In this document: piece after piece, positions 1-9,516 of the stretch | Layout: each line of letters opens with the position of its first letter | Position numbering within the stretch: position 1 is the first letter of the stretch | NCBI GenBank assembly: GCA_963731795.1 | Contig: CAVSWU010000003.1 | Coordinates: 1,094,216 to 1,158,215, forward strand | Direction of reading: 5' to 3' | Source of the DNA: an uncultured delta proteobacterium | Lineage (GTDB): Bacteria; Myxococcota; Myxococcia; Myxococcales; Myxococcaceae | Length of the DNA: 64,000 bases | Notes under the pieces: generated by a model | Databases searched by the model: none | What the model was told of the DNA's origin: nothing | What the model saw: the letters and a program-made list of their open reading frames with translations, nothing else | Program-made: the position numbers and the translations under genes

Positions 1-3000
1 CGGTGGCGTTGGCGGTCTGGCGCGCGGTCAGCTCCGAGGCTGGCAGGCGCACCATCTCCAGGGCCTCCCAGCCCTCACCCTCGGCCAGCCGCTGCAGCAG
101 CTCGCGGTAGGCCTGGAACATCGCGTCCACCAGGCCCGCGGGGAAGATCGCCACGAGCACGTCCCAGTGGAAGCGAAGCCCGCCGCGCGCCTCGCTGGCC
201 TGGTGATCGATCCAGACGTGGGGCGTCTCCAAGCGGGTGTGGACGGGGTGTCCCAGGAGCTGGGACTCGTCATTCGCCTGCGCATCCTCATACAGCGTGC
301 TGGCGAAGACGAAGGGCATGGCCGACGCGGCGCCCGTGCCCTGGGACAGGGCCAGCTCGCGGAGGACCTGGGTGCCGCTCACCTGGGTGTGCTCCAGATC
401 GCTCCACAGCCGCGCCTGCACCCGGCGAGCGCGCTGCGCGAAGGTGTCCCTCGGCCGGCAGTCCACCTCGAGCAGGAGGGTGGTGCTGAAGTTGCCGACC
501 ACCTCTCCGAGCCGCGGATGCAGGGGTGGCCGGTTCTGGTACAGGAGGTTGAGGGTGAAGTGGGGCGTCTGGCTCCACGCAGCCAGCACCTCAGCGTACG
601 CGGCCGCCAGCACGGCGGTGGGCGTGAGCCCCGCGCGCGTGCCGCGAGCCTTGAGGCGCTGCCATGCCTCCGCATCCACCTCGGCAGCCCACCGCTGGAA
701 GCCGCGCTCTCGCAGGGCCACCGGGGCGCTCACCTGCGGAAGCAGCGGAGCGGGTGGCAGCGTCGGCAGGCGGTCTCGCCAGTACGCCAGCGCCTTCTGG
801 TACCCCTCGTCCGCCTCGCGCGCGGCCTCCAGGTAGCGGACGTAATCCCGGTACGTCACCTCCAACGCCCCGAGGTCCGCGCCCGGATCCCGGTAGAACC
901 GCTCCAGGTCGCGGTTGATGACACGGAAGCTCTGAAGATCTCCCATCAGTAGCGGGAAGGCGAGGTGCAGCCGGTACCGCCGCTGATCGAGCCGGTGCCC
1001 CCGGAGCGTGAAGAGCGGCCAGGTATCCGGCCGCGGGTTGGCGCGAGACACGGCCGCTCGCGCCTCCTCGATGCGGCGCTCCACCTCGGCCTCGGGCAGC
1101 CCGCGCAGATCGACGACCTCCAGCTCGAACGCCGGGACCTTCGCGAGCACCTGCTGCTGTCCATCCGCGCGGACGATGCTCCGCAACGTGGCATGCCGCT
1201 CGATGACCCGCTGGAACGCGGCGTTGAAGCGCGCGACATCCAGGTCGAGCGTCTCGGCCTCGATGTAGCCCACGGCCGTCGCGCTGCTGCGCTCGAAGAG
1301 GCCCGTCTGCCCCAGCCAGTACGCCTGCTGCAGCTCCGTGAGCGCGAAGGGCTCTAGGCTGCGCTCGGGCTCGGGGATGAGCTGAACCCGCGTGGAACCC
1401 GAGCCCGCCGCTCCCCGCGCATGGGGCTGCTCCCGGGCGAGGAACTCGGCCTGCCGGGCGATGGTGGAGAGCTCGAACATGCGGGAGAGCGGCAGCTCGG
1501 TGCCAAACCGCTCTCGCAGGCGGATGATGAGCTTGACGGCCAGCAGCGAGTGTCCACCCAGCTCGAAGAAGTTGTCGTGGATGCCGACGCGCTTCACGCC
1601 GAGCAGCTCGGACCAGAGGGCCACCAGCGCGGTCTCGGTGTCGTTCCGAGGAGCCGCCACGAGCGCTGGGCGTTCCGCCTGAGCGCCCGGCTTGGGGAGC
1701 GCCCGGCGATCCGCCTTCCCGTTGGCGTTGAGAGGGAGCACCTCCAGCACCACCCACGTGGAGGGCACCATGTACTCGGGCAGCCGCTGGCGGAGGTACT
1801 CGCGGACCGCCTCTTCCGAGATGGCCGGGCCGGGCCGCGGGACGATGTAGCCCACCAGGTGCACGCTGCCCGAGGCATCCGGCGCCGCTGTCACCACCGC
1901 GTCGCGCAGCGCCTCGTGCCCGCGCAGGACGGATTCGATCTCACCCAGCTCGATGCGGATGCCGCGCACCTTCACCTGGTGGTCGGCGCGGCCCAGGAAC
2001 TCGATGTCACCGCTCGGCAGGTGGCGCGCCAGATCCCCGGTGCGGTACAGGCGCCCGGCGTCGTCCCCGGAGAACCGATCGCTCACGAAGGCGCTGGCGG
2101 TGCGCTGAGCGTCGTTGAGATAGCCCCGCCCCACGCCGACGCCGCCGACATACAGCTCGCCCACCACTCCCACGGGCACCGGCTCCATCCGGGAGTCGAG
2201 GACGTAGAGGCGCGCATTGGCGACGGGACGCCCGATGGGCAGGTGTGCCAGATCCTCGCGGGGCGGCGTGGTGATGGCGTAGTGCGCCACGTCATCCGAG
2301 CACTCGGAGCTGCCATAGGCGTTCAGCAGGGGAATGGCTGGGTAGAGCGCGAGCCACCGGCGGCAGAGGTCGGGCGGGAGCGCCTCGCCCGTGGGGACCA
2401 GCCAGCGCAGCGAAGGAAGGGCGGGCCGGGCCTGCCCTCGCGCCTCGGCATCATCCAGCATCAGGCGCATCACGGAGGGGACGATCTGCAGGACGGAGAT
2501 GCCATCCTCCGCCACCCGGTCGAGCAGGCGCCTTGAATCGCGCGCCACCGCGTCCTCCACCACGTCCACCTCGGCGCCCATGAGCAACGGCGCCAGGGTC
2601 TGCCAGATGCAAATGACGAAGGAAGGCGGAGCGGTCTGCGCCACCACGTCGCGTGCGGTGATGCCCAGATCCGTCGCCTTCGCGTAGAGGTGGTTGAGCA
2701 TGCCCCGGTGCTCGATCATTGCCCCCTTGGGCACCCCCGTGGACCCGGACGTGAAGACGACAAAGGCCAGGTTGCCGGGGGCCACACGCGCACGCTGCAC
2801 CCCGGTGCGAGCACGGATCGCGAGCAACTCCTCCACGCCCCAGAGCGCGGGACGCCCCTGCGCGGGCACCAGCGCCAGGGCCTGGGCGAGCGCGGCCCTC
2901 CGAGCCTGGGACACGAGGACACCCACGGCGCCCGCCTGCTCCAGGATCTGCGCCACGCGCTGGACGGGGTGGGAGGGCTCAATGAGCACGCACGCCCCAC

Positions 3001-4669
3001 CCGCCTCATGGACAGCCAGGATGGAGGCCAGGAAGTCGACCCCGCGATCCAGCGCGACGACGACGAGCGCCTCCGGCTTCACGCCCTGCCCCGCCAGCTG
3101 CGTGGCCAGGTGATCGACCCGCTCGGAGAGCTGCCGGTACGTCAGGCGCGCGCGGCCGGAGCGCACGGCGATGGCCTCGGGGGTGCTCGCGGCCTGCCGC
3201 CGGAAGAGCTCAGGCAGGCACAGCTCGAGAGGAAAGTCCTGGCGGCGGTCATTCCACTCCACCAGCAACCGGCGCCGCTCCGACTCGGGCAGCAGCGGCA
3301 GCTCCTTCACCGAGCGCGACGGATCCGCCAGGGCCGCGTCGAGCAGCAGGGCGAAGCCCCTGGCCATGTGGGCGATGGTCTCGGGCTCGAACAGGGCCGT
3401 GTCGTACTTGAGCTCGCAGTGGAGCCGGCCGTGGATCTCGGTCATCTCCAGGGAGAGGTCCATCAACCCCTCCTGCTGGCTCACCGGGATGGGCTCGAAG
3501 ATGAGCCCTCCGAGCTCCACCTCCACCGGCCGATCGGTGTGGAGGAAGAACGCCGACAGCTCCTCGCGAGGTGTCCGCTGGAGCATGATCATGGACTGGA
3601 AGATGGGCGAGCGGCTCGCGTCGCGCGTGGGGACGAGCCGCTCCACCATCATGGGGAAAGGGCACTCCTGGTGGGCCCGTGCATGCGTGACGGTGCGCCC
3701 GGCTGCCGCGACGAACTCCCGGAAGCTGGGCTCCCCGGCGAGGCGCGAGCGCAGCGGGAGCATGTTGATGAAGGAGCCCGCGATGCGGTCCAGCCCCTCG
3801 AGGCCCCGCCGCCCAGGCACCGGAGTGCCGACGATGACATCCTCCTGGCCCGTATAGCGGTGGAGCAGCACCTGATACGCGGCCAGGAGCACCGTCAGGA
3901 AGGTGGAGCCCTCCGCCTTGGCGAGCGCGCGGATGCGCTCGACCGTCTCCGCCCCCAGCGTGAAGGGATGCGAGCCGCCCTGGTACGACTGCACCGCGGG
4001 CCGCGAGTGGTCCAACGGCAGGTTCAGGACAGGCAGCTCGCCCGACAGCGCCTCCTTCCAGTAGCTCCAGAGCCGCTCCCCTTCAGGGCCCGCGAGCAGC
4101 TCCTCCTGCCACCGCACGTAGTCCCCGTACGTGAGCCTCAGCGGCGGCAGCTCCGCTGGCCTCCCCTCTCGCACGGCGCGGTAGAGCGTGCCCAGCTCCT
4201 CGAGCAGGACGTTCATCGTCGCCAGGTCCACGGCGATGTGGTGCAGCGTCAGGACGAAGACATGCTCTCGCGCCGAGCGCGTGAAGAGCTCCAACCGCCA
4301 CACGGGCTCGCGCTCGAGATCGAAGGGACGCCTGCCGAGCTCCTTCGCCCGCGCCTCCAGCTCACGATCGCTCTCGGAGGGCACCCTCCACTGGCGGATG
4401 TGGAAGTCCATCCGCTCGTGGACGAGCTGCATGGGCACGCCCTCGTGCACGGCGGACGTGGAGCGCAGCACCGGGTGACGCTCCGCCAGCTGGAGGAACG
4501 CCTCCCTGAGCGCGAGGAAGTCCACCTCGGACCTGACGCGCGCCGCCACGACGACGTTGTAGGCCGAGCTCTGGGGGGAGAGCTGCTGAACGAACCAGAT
4601 GGCCCGCTGCCCCTGCGACAGGGCCTGACGGCTGACAGGACGGGAGGAGACAGGCAGCGCGAGAGGCAT
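1..4669 (-). CDS. Non-ribosomal peptide synthetase, N-terminal part (C - A - PCP - Cy-like domain; gene continues past window start)
   Basis: Minus-strand frame open from ATG at 4669 (RBS AAGGAG) to position 1. Hand-translated motifs: C-domain HHIAVDLAT; A3 LAFVVFTSGSTGVPKGA (~2700-2750); A7/A8 YRTGDLARHLPSGDIEFLGRADHQVKVRGIRIELGEIE (~2040-2160); [17 protein letters not shown] (~1560-1600); downstream Cy-like FALTELQQAYWLGQ and PLLMGDLQS (~900-1400). Confidence 0.9.
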   Translation of the reverse strand, partial: MPLALPVSSRPVSRQALSQGQRAIWFVQQLSPQSSAYNVVVAARVRSEVDFLALREAFLQLAERHPVLRSTSAVHEGVPMQLVHERMDFHIRQWRVPSESDRELEARAKELGRRPFDLEREPVWRLELFTRSAREHVFVLTLHHIAVDLATMNVLLEELGTLYRAVREGRPAELPPLRLTYGDYVRWQEELLAGPEGERLWSYWKEALSGELPVLNLPLDHSRPAVQSYQGGSHPFTLGAETVERIRALAKAEGSTFLTVLLAAYQVLLHRYTGQEDVIVGTPVPGRRGLEGLDRIAGSFINMLPLRSRLAGEPSFREFVAAAGRTVTHARAHQECPFPMMVERLVPTRDASRSPIFQSMIMLQRTPREELSAFFLHTDRPVEVELGGLIFEPIPVSQQEGLMDLSLEMTEIHGRLHCELKYDTALFEPETIAHMARGFALLLDAALADPSRSVKELPLLPESERRRLLVEWNDRRQDFPLELCLPELFRRQAASTPEAIAVRSGRARLTYRQLSERVDHLATQLAGQGVKPEALVVVALDRGVDFLASILAVHEAGGACVLIEPSHPVQRVAQILEQAGAVGVLVSQARRAALAQALALVPAQGRPALWGVEELLAIRARTGVQRARVAPGNLAFVVFTSGSTGVPKGAMIEHRGMLNHLYAKATDLGITARDVVAQTAPPSFVICIWQTLAPLLMGAEVDVVEDAVARDSRRLLDRVAEDGISVLQIVPSVMRLMLDDAEARGQARPALPSLRWLVPTGEALPPDLCRRWLALYPAIPLLNAYGSSECSDDVAHYAITTPPREDLAHLPIGRPVANARLYVLDSRMEPVPVGVVGELYVGGVGVGRGYLNDAQRTASAFVSDRFSGDDAGRLYRTGDLARHLPSGDIEFLGRADHQVKVRGIRIELGEIESVLRGHEALRDAVVTAAPDASGSVHLVGYIVPRPGPAISEEAVREYLRQRLPEYMVPSTWVVLEVLPLNANGKADRRALPKPGAQAERPALVAAPRNDTETALVALWSELLGVKRVGIHDNFFELGGHSLLAVKLIIRLRERFGTELPLSRMFELSTIARQAEFLAREQPHARGAAGSGSTRVQLIPEPERSLEPFALTELQQAYWLGQTGLFERSSATAVGYIEAETLDLDVARFNAAFQRVIERHATLRSIVRADGQQQVLAKVPAFELEVVDLRGLPEAEVERRIEEARAAVSRANPRPDTWPLFTLRGHRLDQRRYRLHLAFPLLMGDLQSFRVINRDLERFYRDPGADLGALEVTYRDYVRYLEAAREADEGYQKALAYWRDRLPTLPPAPLLPQVSAPVALRERGFQRWAAEVDAEAWQRLKARGTRAGLTPTAVLAAAYAEVLAAWSQTPHFTLNLLYQNRPPLHPRLGEVVGNFSTTLLLEVDCRPRDTFAQRARRVQARLWSDLEHTQVSGTQVLRELALSQGTGAASAMPFVFASTLYEDAQANDESQLLGHPVHTRLETPHVWIDHQASEARGGLRFHWDVLVAIFPAGLVDAMFQAYRELLQRLAEGEGWEALEMVRLPASELTARQTANAT

Positions 4670-4764
4670 GCCCACTCCTTAAAAGCTGCAAAAGCCTAAA
4701 TCCAAACCTTACCGTTCATAGTGGCCATTCACGCGGTTCATACCGGGACGAGGAGGGCGCCCCT

Positions 4765-5685
4765 TCAGCCAGGGGAGAGCTCCTGGGAGAGCTGCTTGAG
4801 GACTCCGCGGAGCCAGGTGTGGGCGGGCTCTTGCCGCGAGCGCTCATGCCAGTACTGGCTCATGGTGAACCCTGGCAGCTCGAGCGGCGGGCGCAGGATG
4901 CGCAGGTGGAACGGCTTCTCGAAGGCGTGGGCGATGCGTGCGGGGATGGTGAGCAGCAGATCCGAGCCAGCGATCGCGTAGGGGGCCACCAGGAAGTGCG
5001 GGACGGACAGGCTGACGCGCCGCTTCTTCCCGAGCTTCGCCAGCGCGGTGTCCACGATGCCGGTGTCCTCGAACTCCCGGGGGGAGACCAGCGCGTGGGG
5101 AAACTCGAGGAAGCGCTCCAGCGTGAGCCCGCGCCGCGCCACGGGGTGCTCCGCCCGCACGAGGCAGACGAACCGCTCGGAGAACAGCTCCTGCCGGTAC
5201 CCGTCCTCCATGTCCGAGTCAAAGAGGCCGATCGCGAGATCCGCGTCTCCCCGCTCGAGCCGTTCGAACAGCAGGCTGCGCGCGGTGCGAATCGTGATGT
5301 CGATCCCCGGTGCATGCCGCTCGAGGTAGCGCACCAGGGACGGCAGCAGGACGAACTGGGCGTAGTCGGAGGCAATGATCCGGAACTTGCGCTGAGCGGT
5401 CGCTGGATCGAAGCGGGGCTGGTCGAGGACGTGCTCGACTCCCTTCAAGATGCGCTCAATCGGGTCGGCGAGCTCTTGCGCGCGAGGCGTGGGCTGCATT
5501 CCCCGGGGCGTCGAGACGAAGAGCGGATCCTCGAAGAGGTTCCGCATCCGGCGCAGCGCATGGCTCATCGCGGACTGGCTGATGCCGAGCCGAGCCGCTG
5601 CTCGCGTGACGTTCTTCTCCCGAAGGAGCGTGTCCAGGGCGACGAGCAGGTTCAGATCAATGCTCACCAGGCGAGGAGGAGGCAT
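4765..5685 (-). CDS. LysR-family transcriptional regulator
   Basis: 306-aa ORF; N-terminal wHTH (LLVALDTLLREKNVTRAAARLGISQSAMSHALRRMR) plus LysR substrate-binding region. Directly upstream of the NRPS gene and co-oriented. Confidence 0.9.
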   Translation of the reverse strand: MPPPRLVSIDLNLLVALDTLLREKNVTRAAARLGISQSAMSHALRRMRNLFEDPLFVSTPRGMQPTPRAQELADPIERILKGVEHVLDQPRFDPATAQRKFRIIASDYAQFVLLPSLVRYLERHAPGIDITIRTARSLLFERLERGDADLAIGLFDSDMEDGYRQELFSERFVCLVRAEHPVARRGLTLERFLEFPHALVSPREFEDTGIVDTALAKLGKKRRVSLSVPHFLVAPYAIAGSDLLLTIPARIAHAFEKPFHLRILRPPLELPGFTMSQYWHERSRQEPAHTWLRGVLKQLSQELSPG

Positions 5686-5861
5686 CGGCGGAGCATAACC
5701 GCCGGTTCAAGAGATGAGGCTCCAACCTTCAGCGGAAACCCGGACTTCCTGGAGGGAGCGCCCCCAGCGAGTCATGCTGGCTGCTGACGTGGATGGGTTT
5801 TCGGGTAAAAGGGGCGCGGCATCCGCGCGACCGCGCCACCGCCCCTGTCGAGGTTCCCACC

Positions 5862-6353
5862 ATGGCTGAAGTCACCCTGGATCTGCGCGGCAAGCCGAAG
5901 GCGGAAGCGTACGCGGAGTTGAAGCAGCACGTCGAAGCGGTGCTGGAGGGCCTCGACGACGAGATCACCGCCATGGCCACCATGAGCTGCCTGCTGCACC
6001 ACGCCTTCGGGCACCTGTGGACGGGGTTCTACCGGGTGGTACAGCCGGGGAAGTTGCTGCGGGTGGGGCCGTATCAGGGGACGCTCGGGTGCCTGGAGAT
6101 CACCTTCGGCAAGGGCGTGTGTGGCGCCTCGGCGGCCACGCGCGAGACGGTGGTGGTGCAGGACGTGCACGCCTTCCCCGGGCACATCACCTGTGACGGG
6201 CGCTCGGCGTCGGAGATCGTCGTGCCGGTGTTCGGGCCCACCCGCGAGCTGATCGCGGTGCTGGACATCGACTCGGAGCACAAGGCCACCTTCGACGAGG
6301 TGGATCGGCGAGAGCTCGAGTCGCTCATGGGTTGGTTCTCGCGCGAGCGCTAG
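5862..6353 (+). CDS. GAF-domain free methionine-(R)-sulfoxide reductase (fRMsr/YebR-like)
   Basis: Strong similarity to E. coli YebR pattern (GFYRV..G..L.VGPYQG...C..I.FGKGVCG..A...T..V.DVHAFPGHI.CD..S.SEIVVP). Start MAEVTLDL chosen inside the longer ORF. Confidence 0.8.
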   Translation: MAEVTLDLRGKPKAEAYAELKQHVEAVLEGLDDEITAMATMSCLLHHAFGHLWTGFYRVVQPGKLLRVGPYQGTLGCLEITFGKGVCGASAATRETVVVQDVHAFPGHITCDGRSASEIVVPVFGPTRELIAVLDIDSEHKATFDEVDRRELESLMGWFSRER

Positions 6354-6586
6354 CCGCGCTGCCTGTTGAAGTGCCACGGCAGGGCTGGTATGGGACGGCT
6401 CCAGTAAGGGGAGTAGTTCACGTCGGGTTCAATCGACGTCGGGACGCTCGACACACTGGCTGGTGACAGCCCGGGCCCCCACCTCGCCGCGCGAGGCGAA
6501 CGAGACCTTCGGACAGGGAAACCTGGCCGAGGCTCGTGCGCGCGCAAGGCTCCCACGACACTCGGCCGAAGACAGGGAGTGTCGTG

Positions 6587-7153
6587 ATGGAAGCGGTGGT
6601 GACTTCGTTCCTCCTCGTGGCCGCCAGTGAGATGGGCGACAAGACGCAGCTGCTCGCGTTCTCGCTGGCCGCTCGGTTCCGCAAGCCGTGGGTGGTGATG
6701 GCGGGCATCCTCACGGCCACGCTCTTCAACCACACGCTGGCCTCGAGCGTGGGCAGCTGGCTGTCGGCGCACGTGCCCCATCGCGTGATGGCGGGCATCC
6801 TCGCGGCCACCTTCATCGCCTTCGGGCTGTGGACGCTCAAGCCGGACACGCTCGAGGAGTCGGAGAAGCCTCCGCGCTTCGGAGCGTTCCTGACGACGGT
6901 GGTCCTCTTCTTCCTCGCGGAGATGGGAGACAAGACGCAGCTGGCCACGGTGGCCATGGCCGCGCGCTACCAGAGCGTGCTGCAGGTCACCACGGGGACG
7001 ACGCTGGGGATGATGTTCTCGGACGGGCTGGCGGTGCTCCTCGGGGACAGGCTCGCGGGCCGGGTGCAGATGAAGTGGCTGCGGTGGACCGCCGCCTCGC
7101 TGTTCTTCATCTTCGGCGCCGTGTCTCTGTGGAGCGCGGTGCGAGGGACGTAG
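6587..7153 (+). CDS. GDT1/TMEM165 (UPF0016) family cation (Ca2+/Mn2+) transporter
   Basis: Two copies of the E-x-G-D-K-T motif (ASEMGDKTQL, LAEMGDKTQL) in a 6-TM hydrophobic protein. Confidence 0.85.
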   Translation: MEAVVTSFLLVAASEMGDKTQLLAFSLAARFRKPWVVMAGILTATLFNHTLASSVGSWLSAHVPHRVMAGILAATFIAFGLWTLKPDTLEESEKPPRFGAFLTTVVLFFLAEMGDKTQLATVAMAARYQSVLQVTTGTTLGMMFSDGLAVLLGDRLAGRVQMKWLRWTAASLFFIFGAVSLWSAVRGT

Positions 7154-7177
7154 CGGATTCCCTCGCTCTCCCTGGGC

Positions 7178-8092
7178 TCAGCCGCGAGCCAGGGCCACGG
7201 CCAGCTCACCGGCGAACCGGGCGTTGTTCGTGAGCAGCGCCAGGTTGGCCTTGAGGCTCTTGCCGCCCGTGCGCTTCGCCATGTCCGAGAGCAGGAACGG
7301 GGTGACGGCCTTGCCACGGATGCCCTGGCGCTCGGCCTCGGCCAGCGCGGAGGCGATGTGCAGCTCCACCTCCGCCCGAGGCAGGGCCACTTCCTCGGGC
7401 GGGGGCAGCGTGAACACGAGGCCCCCCTGCCCCAGCTCGCCCCGGGCGCGGACGATGCGAGCGGCCGTCGCGGCGTCATCCACACGGTGCTCCAGCGGAA
7501 GGCCCGAGCTGCGGCTGTAGAAGGACGGCAGCTCGTTGGTGCCGATGCCGATGACGGGCACACCCGCCGTCTCCAGTGCCTCCAGGGTCTTGGGCAGATC
7601 CAGGACGGACTTGGCCCCCGCGCACACCACTGCCACCGGGTACCGAGCGAGCGCGCCAATATCCTGGGAGATGTCCCAGTGCTCGCTGACGCCCCGGTGC
7701 ACGCCGCCCAGTCCGCCGGTGGCGAAGACACGGATGCCCGCGGCGGCGGCCAGCTCGCAGGTGGCGCTCACGGTGGTGCCGCCCGAGGCCTTCAACGCCA
7801 TGGCCACGGCCAGATCCCGCGAGCCGAGCTTCATCAGCCGCTCCTTGCCCTCGGCGAGCCGGCGCATGGAGGCCTCTTCGAGTCCGATCCACACCTCACC
7901 ATCCACCACTGCGATGGGAGCGGGCACGGCGCCCGCACGGCGGACGGCCTCCTCGCAGGCCCTGGCGGCGCTGAGGTTGTCCGGGTACGGCAGCCCCTGG
8001 GCCACCACGCTCGTCTCGAGCGCCACCAGCGGCGCCTTCGTGTCCAGCGCGCGCCGCACCTCATCGGAGTAACGGAAGCTCATCCGAGGCAT
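7178..8092 (-). CDS. psuG: Pseudouridine-5'-phosphate glycosidase
   Basis: Full-length similarity to PsuG/IndA family (PLVALETSVVAQGLPYP..., VFATGGLGGVHRG..., VVCAGAKSVLD...). No psuK kinase adjacent. Confidence 0.9.
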   Translation of the reverse strand: MPRMSFRYSDEVRRALDTKAPLVALETSVVAQGLPYPDNLSAARACEEAVRRAGAVPAPIAVVDGEVWIGLEEASMRRLAEGKERLMKLGSRDLAVAMALKASGGTTVSATCELAAAAGIRVFATGGLGGVHRGVSEHWDISQDIGALARYPVAVVCAGAKSVLDLPKTLEALETAGVPVIGIGTNELPSFYSRSSGLPLEHRVDDAATAARIVRARGELGQGGLVFTLPPPEEVALPRAEVELHIASALAEAERQGIRGKAVTPFLLSDMAKRTGGKSLKANLALLTNNARFAGELAVALARG

Positions 8093-8124
8093 CTACGCTG
8101 CGGGGGCGTCCAGGGACAAGCGGG

Positions 8125-9099
8125 ATGGCGCGGGAAGCGTCTCCGATGTACAGGAGCCCCGCGCCTCTGGGCGCCTGCCCGCCCACCGTGAGCACCTCCT
8201 CCCCGTCCACCCCGCCCTCCCGCTCGGCCCCCACCTTCTCCCTGTCGGATTTGGCCATCCTCTGTGTGGTGGTCATCTGGGGGACGAACTACACGGTGGT
8301 GAAGGACGCGCTGGACTCGATCCCGGCACTGGCCTTCATGTCGCTGCGCTTCGGCGTGGCCGCGCTGGCCATGGGAGCGCTGCTGCTCTGGCTAGAAGGA
8401 TGGAAGCCCCTGCCCCGCGCCACGCTGCTGCGGCTCACGGCGCTGGGTCTCATGGGCAACACGCTGTACCAGATCCTCTTCATCCTCGGGATCGCCCGCA
8501 CCACGGCGGCCAACAGCGGGATGCTCACGGCGGTGACGCCCGTGCTGGTGACGATCCTCTCCGGAGCCTTCGGACTGGATCGGATCACGCGCCCCGTGGT
8601 GATCGGGCTGGTGCTCTCGGTGCCGGGAATGCTGCTGGTGGTGGGCGCACGCGGGCCAGCCTTGAGCGCGGAGACGCGGCTGGGAGATCTGCTCATCCTC
8701 GGCGGGTGTGTCTGCTGGGCCATCTACACGGTGGGCCTGCGCTCCCTGGGAAGCGAGCTGTCCGCCATGCGCGTGACGGGGCTGACGATGCTGACGGGAG
8801 CGCCGGGCGTCGTGCTCGCGGGGCTGCCGACGGTGCTGAAGCTGGAGCCCTCGCGCATCGGGCCGGGCGCATGGGCGGCGCTCGTGTACTCGGCGCTGAT
8901 CCCGCTGGTGCTCTCGTACATCATCTGGAACCGCAGCGTGCAGCAGGTGGGCAGCAGCCGCACGGCGCTCTACAACACGGGCATCCCGGTGGTGGCCGCG
9001 CTCACGTCCTGGGCCATCCGCGGCGAGCCTCCCACGCTCCTCCAGGTGCTGGGCGCGGCGCTCATCCTGGCCGGAGTGCTGATCAGCCGCAGGCGCTGA
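8125..9099 (+). CDS. EamA/DMT-family transporter
   Basis: 10-TM hydrophobic profile with two EamA-like halves; low-complexity N-terminus, so true start may be the internal Met at 8146. Confidence 0.8.
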   Translation: MAREASPMYRSPAPLGACPPTVSTSSPSTPPSRSAPTFSLSDLAILCVVVIWGTNYTVVKDALDSIPALAFMSLRFGVAALAMGALLLWLEGWKPLPRATLLRLTALGLMGNTLYQILFILGIARTTAANSGMLTAVTPVLVTILSGAFGLDRITRPVVIGLVLSVPGMLLVVGARGPALSAETRLGDLLILGGCVCWAIYTVGLRSLGSELSAMRVTGLTMLTGAPGVVLAGLPTVLKLEPSRIGPGAWAALVYSALIPLVLSYIIWNRSVQQVGSSRTALYNTGIPVVAALTSWAIRGEPPTLLQVLGAALILAGVLISRRR

Positions 9100-9285
9100 A
9101 ACCGTATCCAGGGGTTCGGTGGATGAGAGTCAGGTACCACCAGCAGAGCCCGCAGCTTGATGTAAGCAGCTGAAGACTCTACTTCCGGGATGAACGGGCC
9201 TGAAGCCCCCCAAGCTGGAGTTTCCTCTTCAGAAACCCCACCGTGTTCGCCACGCTGAACTTCGGCAGGATGCTCACTTGAAGAG

Positions 9286-9335
9286 TGGAGGCGGCGGGAT
9301 TCGAACCCGCCGCTCGGAGCTTCTGGCGAGAACGC
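9286..9335 (-). other. tRNA 3'-end-like fragment (T-arm + acceptor 3' strand), probable att-site remnant
   Basis: Minus strand reads ...GCGGG-TTCGAAT-CCCGC-CGCCTCC-A (perfect 5-bp T-stem, canonical T-loop, 7-nt acceptor strand, discriminator A). No matching 5' acceptor strand GGAGGCG within 95 nt, so not a complete tRNA. Confidence 0.35.
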
Positions 9336-9516
9336 TCCGACTTGGTCGAGCGCAGTTCCCGTAGGACTTCCAGGCACGGCACTCCCAGGGCGGGCTTGGC
9401 GAAACTCTGTGGGTACCCATCGATAGCGTGTGCCCTGGCGAGGTGTGGCTGGGGAGGGGCTGGTGGGAACGCACGGGTGGGCGTACCGGCGAAGGCAGCC
9501 GGAGGGGACGGTGCTG

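Noticed and set aside
167-4699. Long plus-strand ORFs (167..952, 1421..2536 371 aa, 2690..4699 669 aa) opposite the NRPS
   Set aside because: Low-complexity Arg/Ala/Gly/Pro-rich translations with no motifs. These are classic antisense open frames of a high-GC coding region; the minus strand carries verified NRPS core motifs.
9286-9420. Possibility that 9286-9370 is a complete tRNA gene
   Set aside because: T-arm, acceptor 3' strand and discriminator are perfect, but no complementary 5' acceptor strand (GGAGGCG) and no D-arm or anticodon arm can be folded within 95 nt. Treated as a 3'-fragment repeat.
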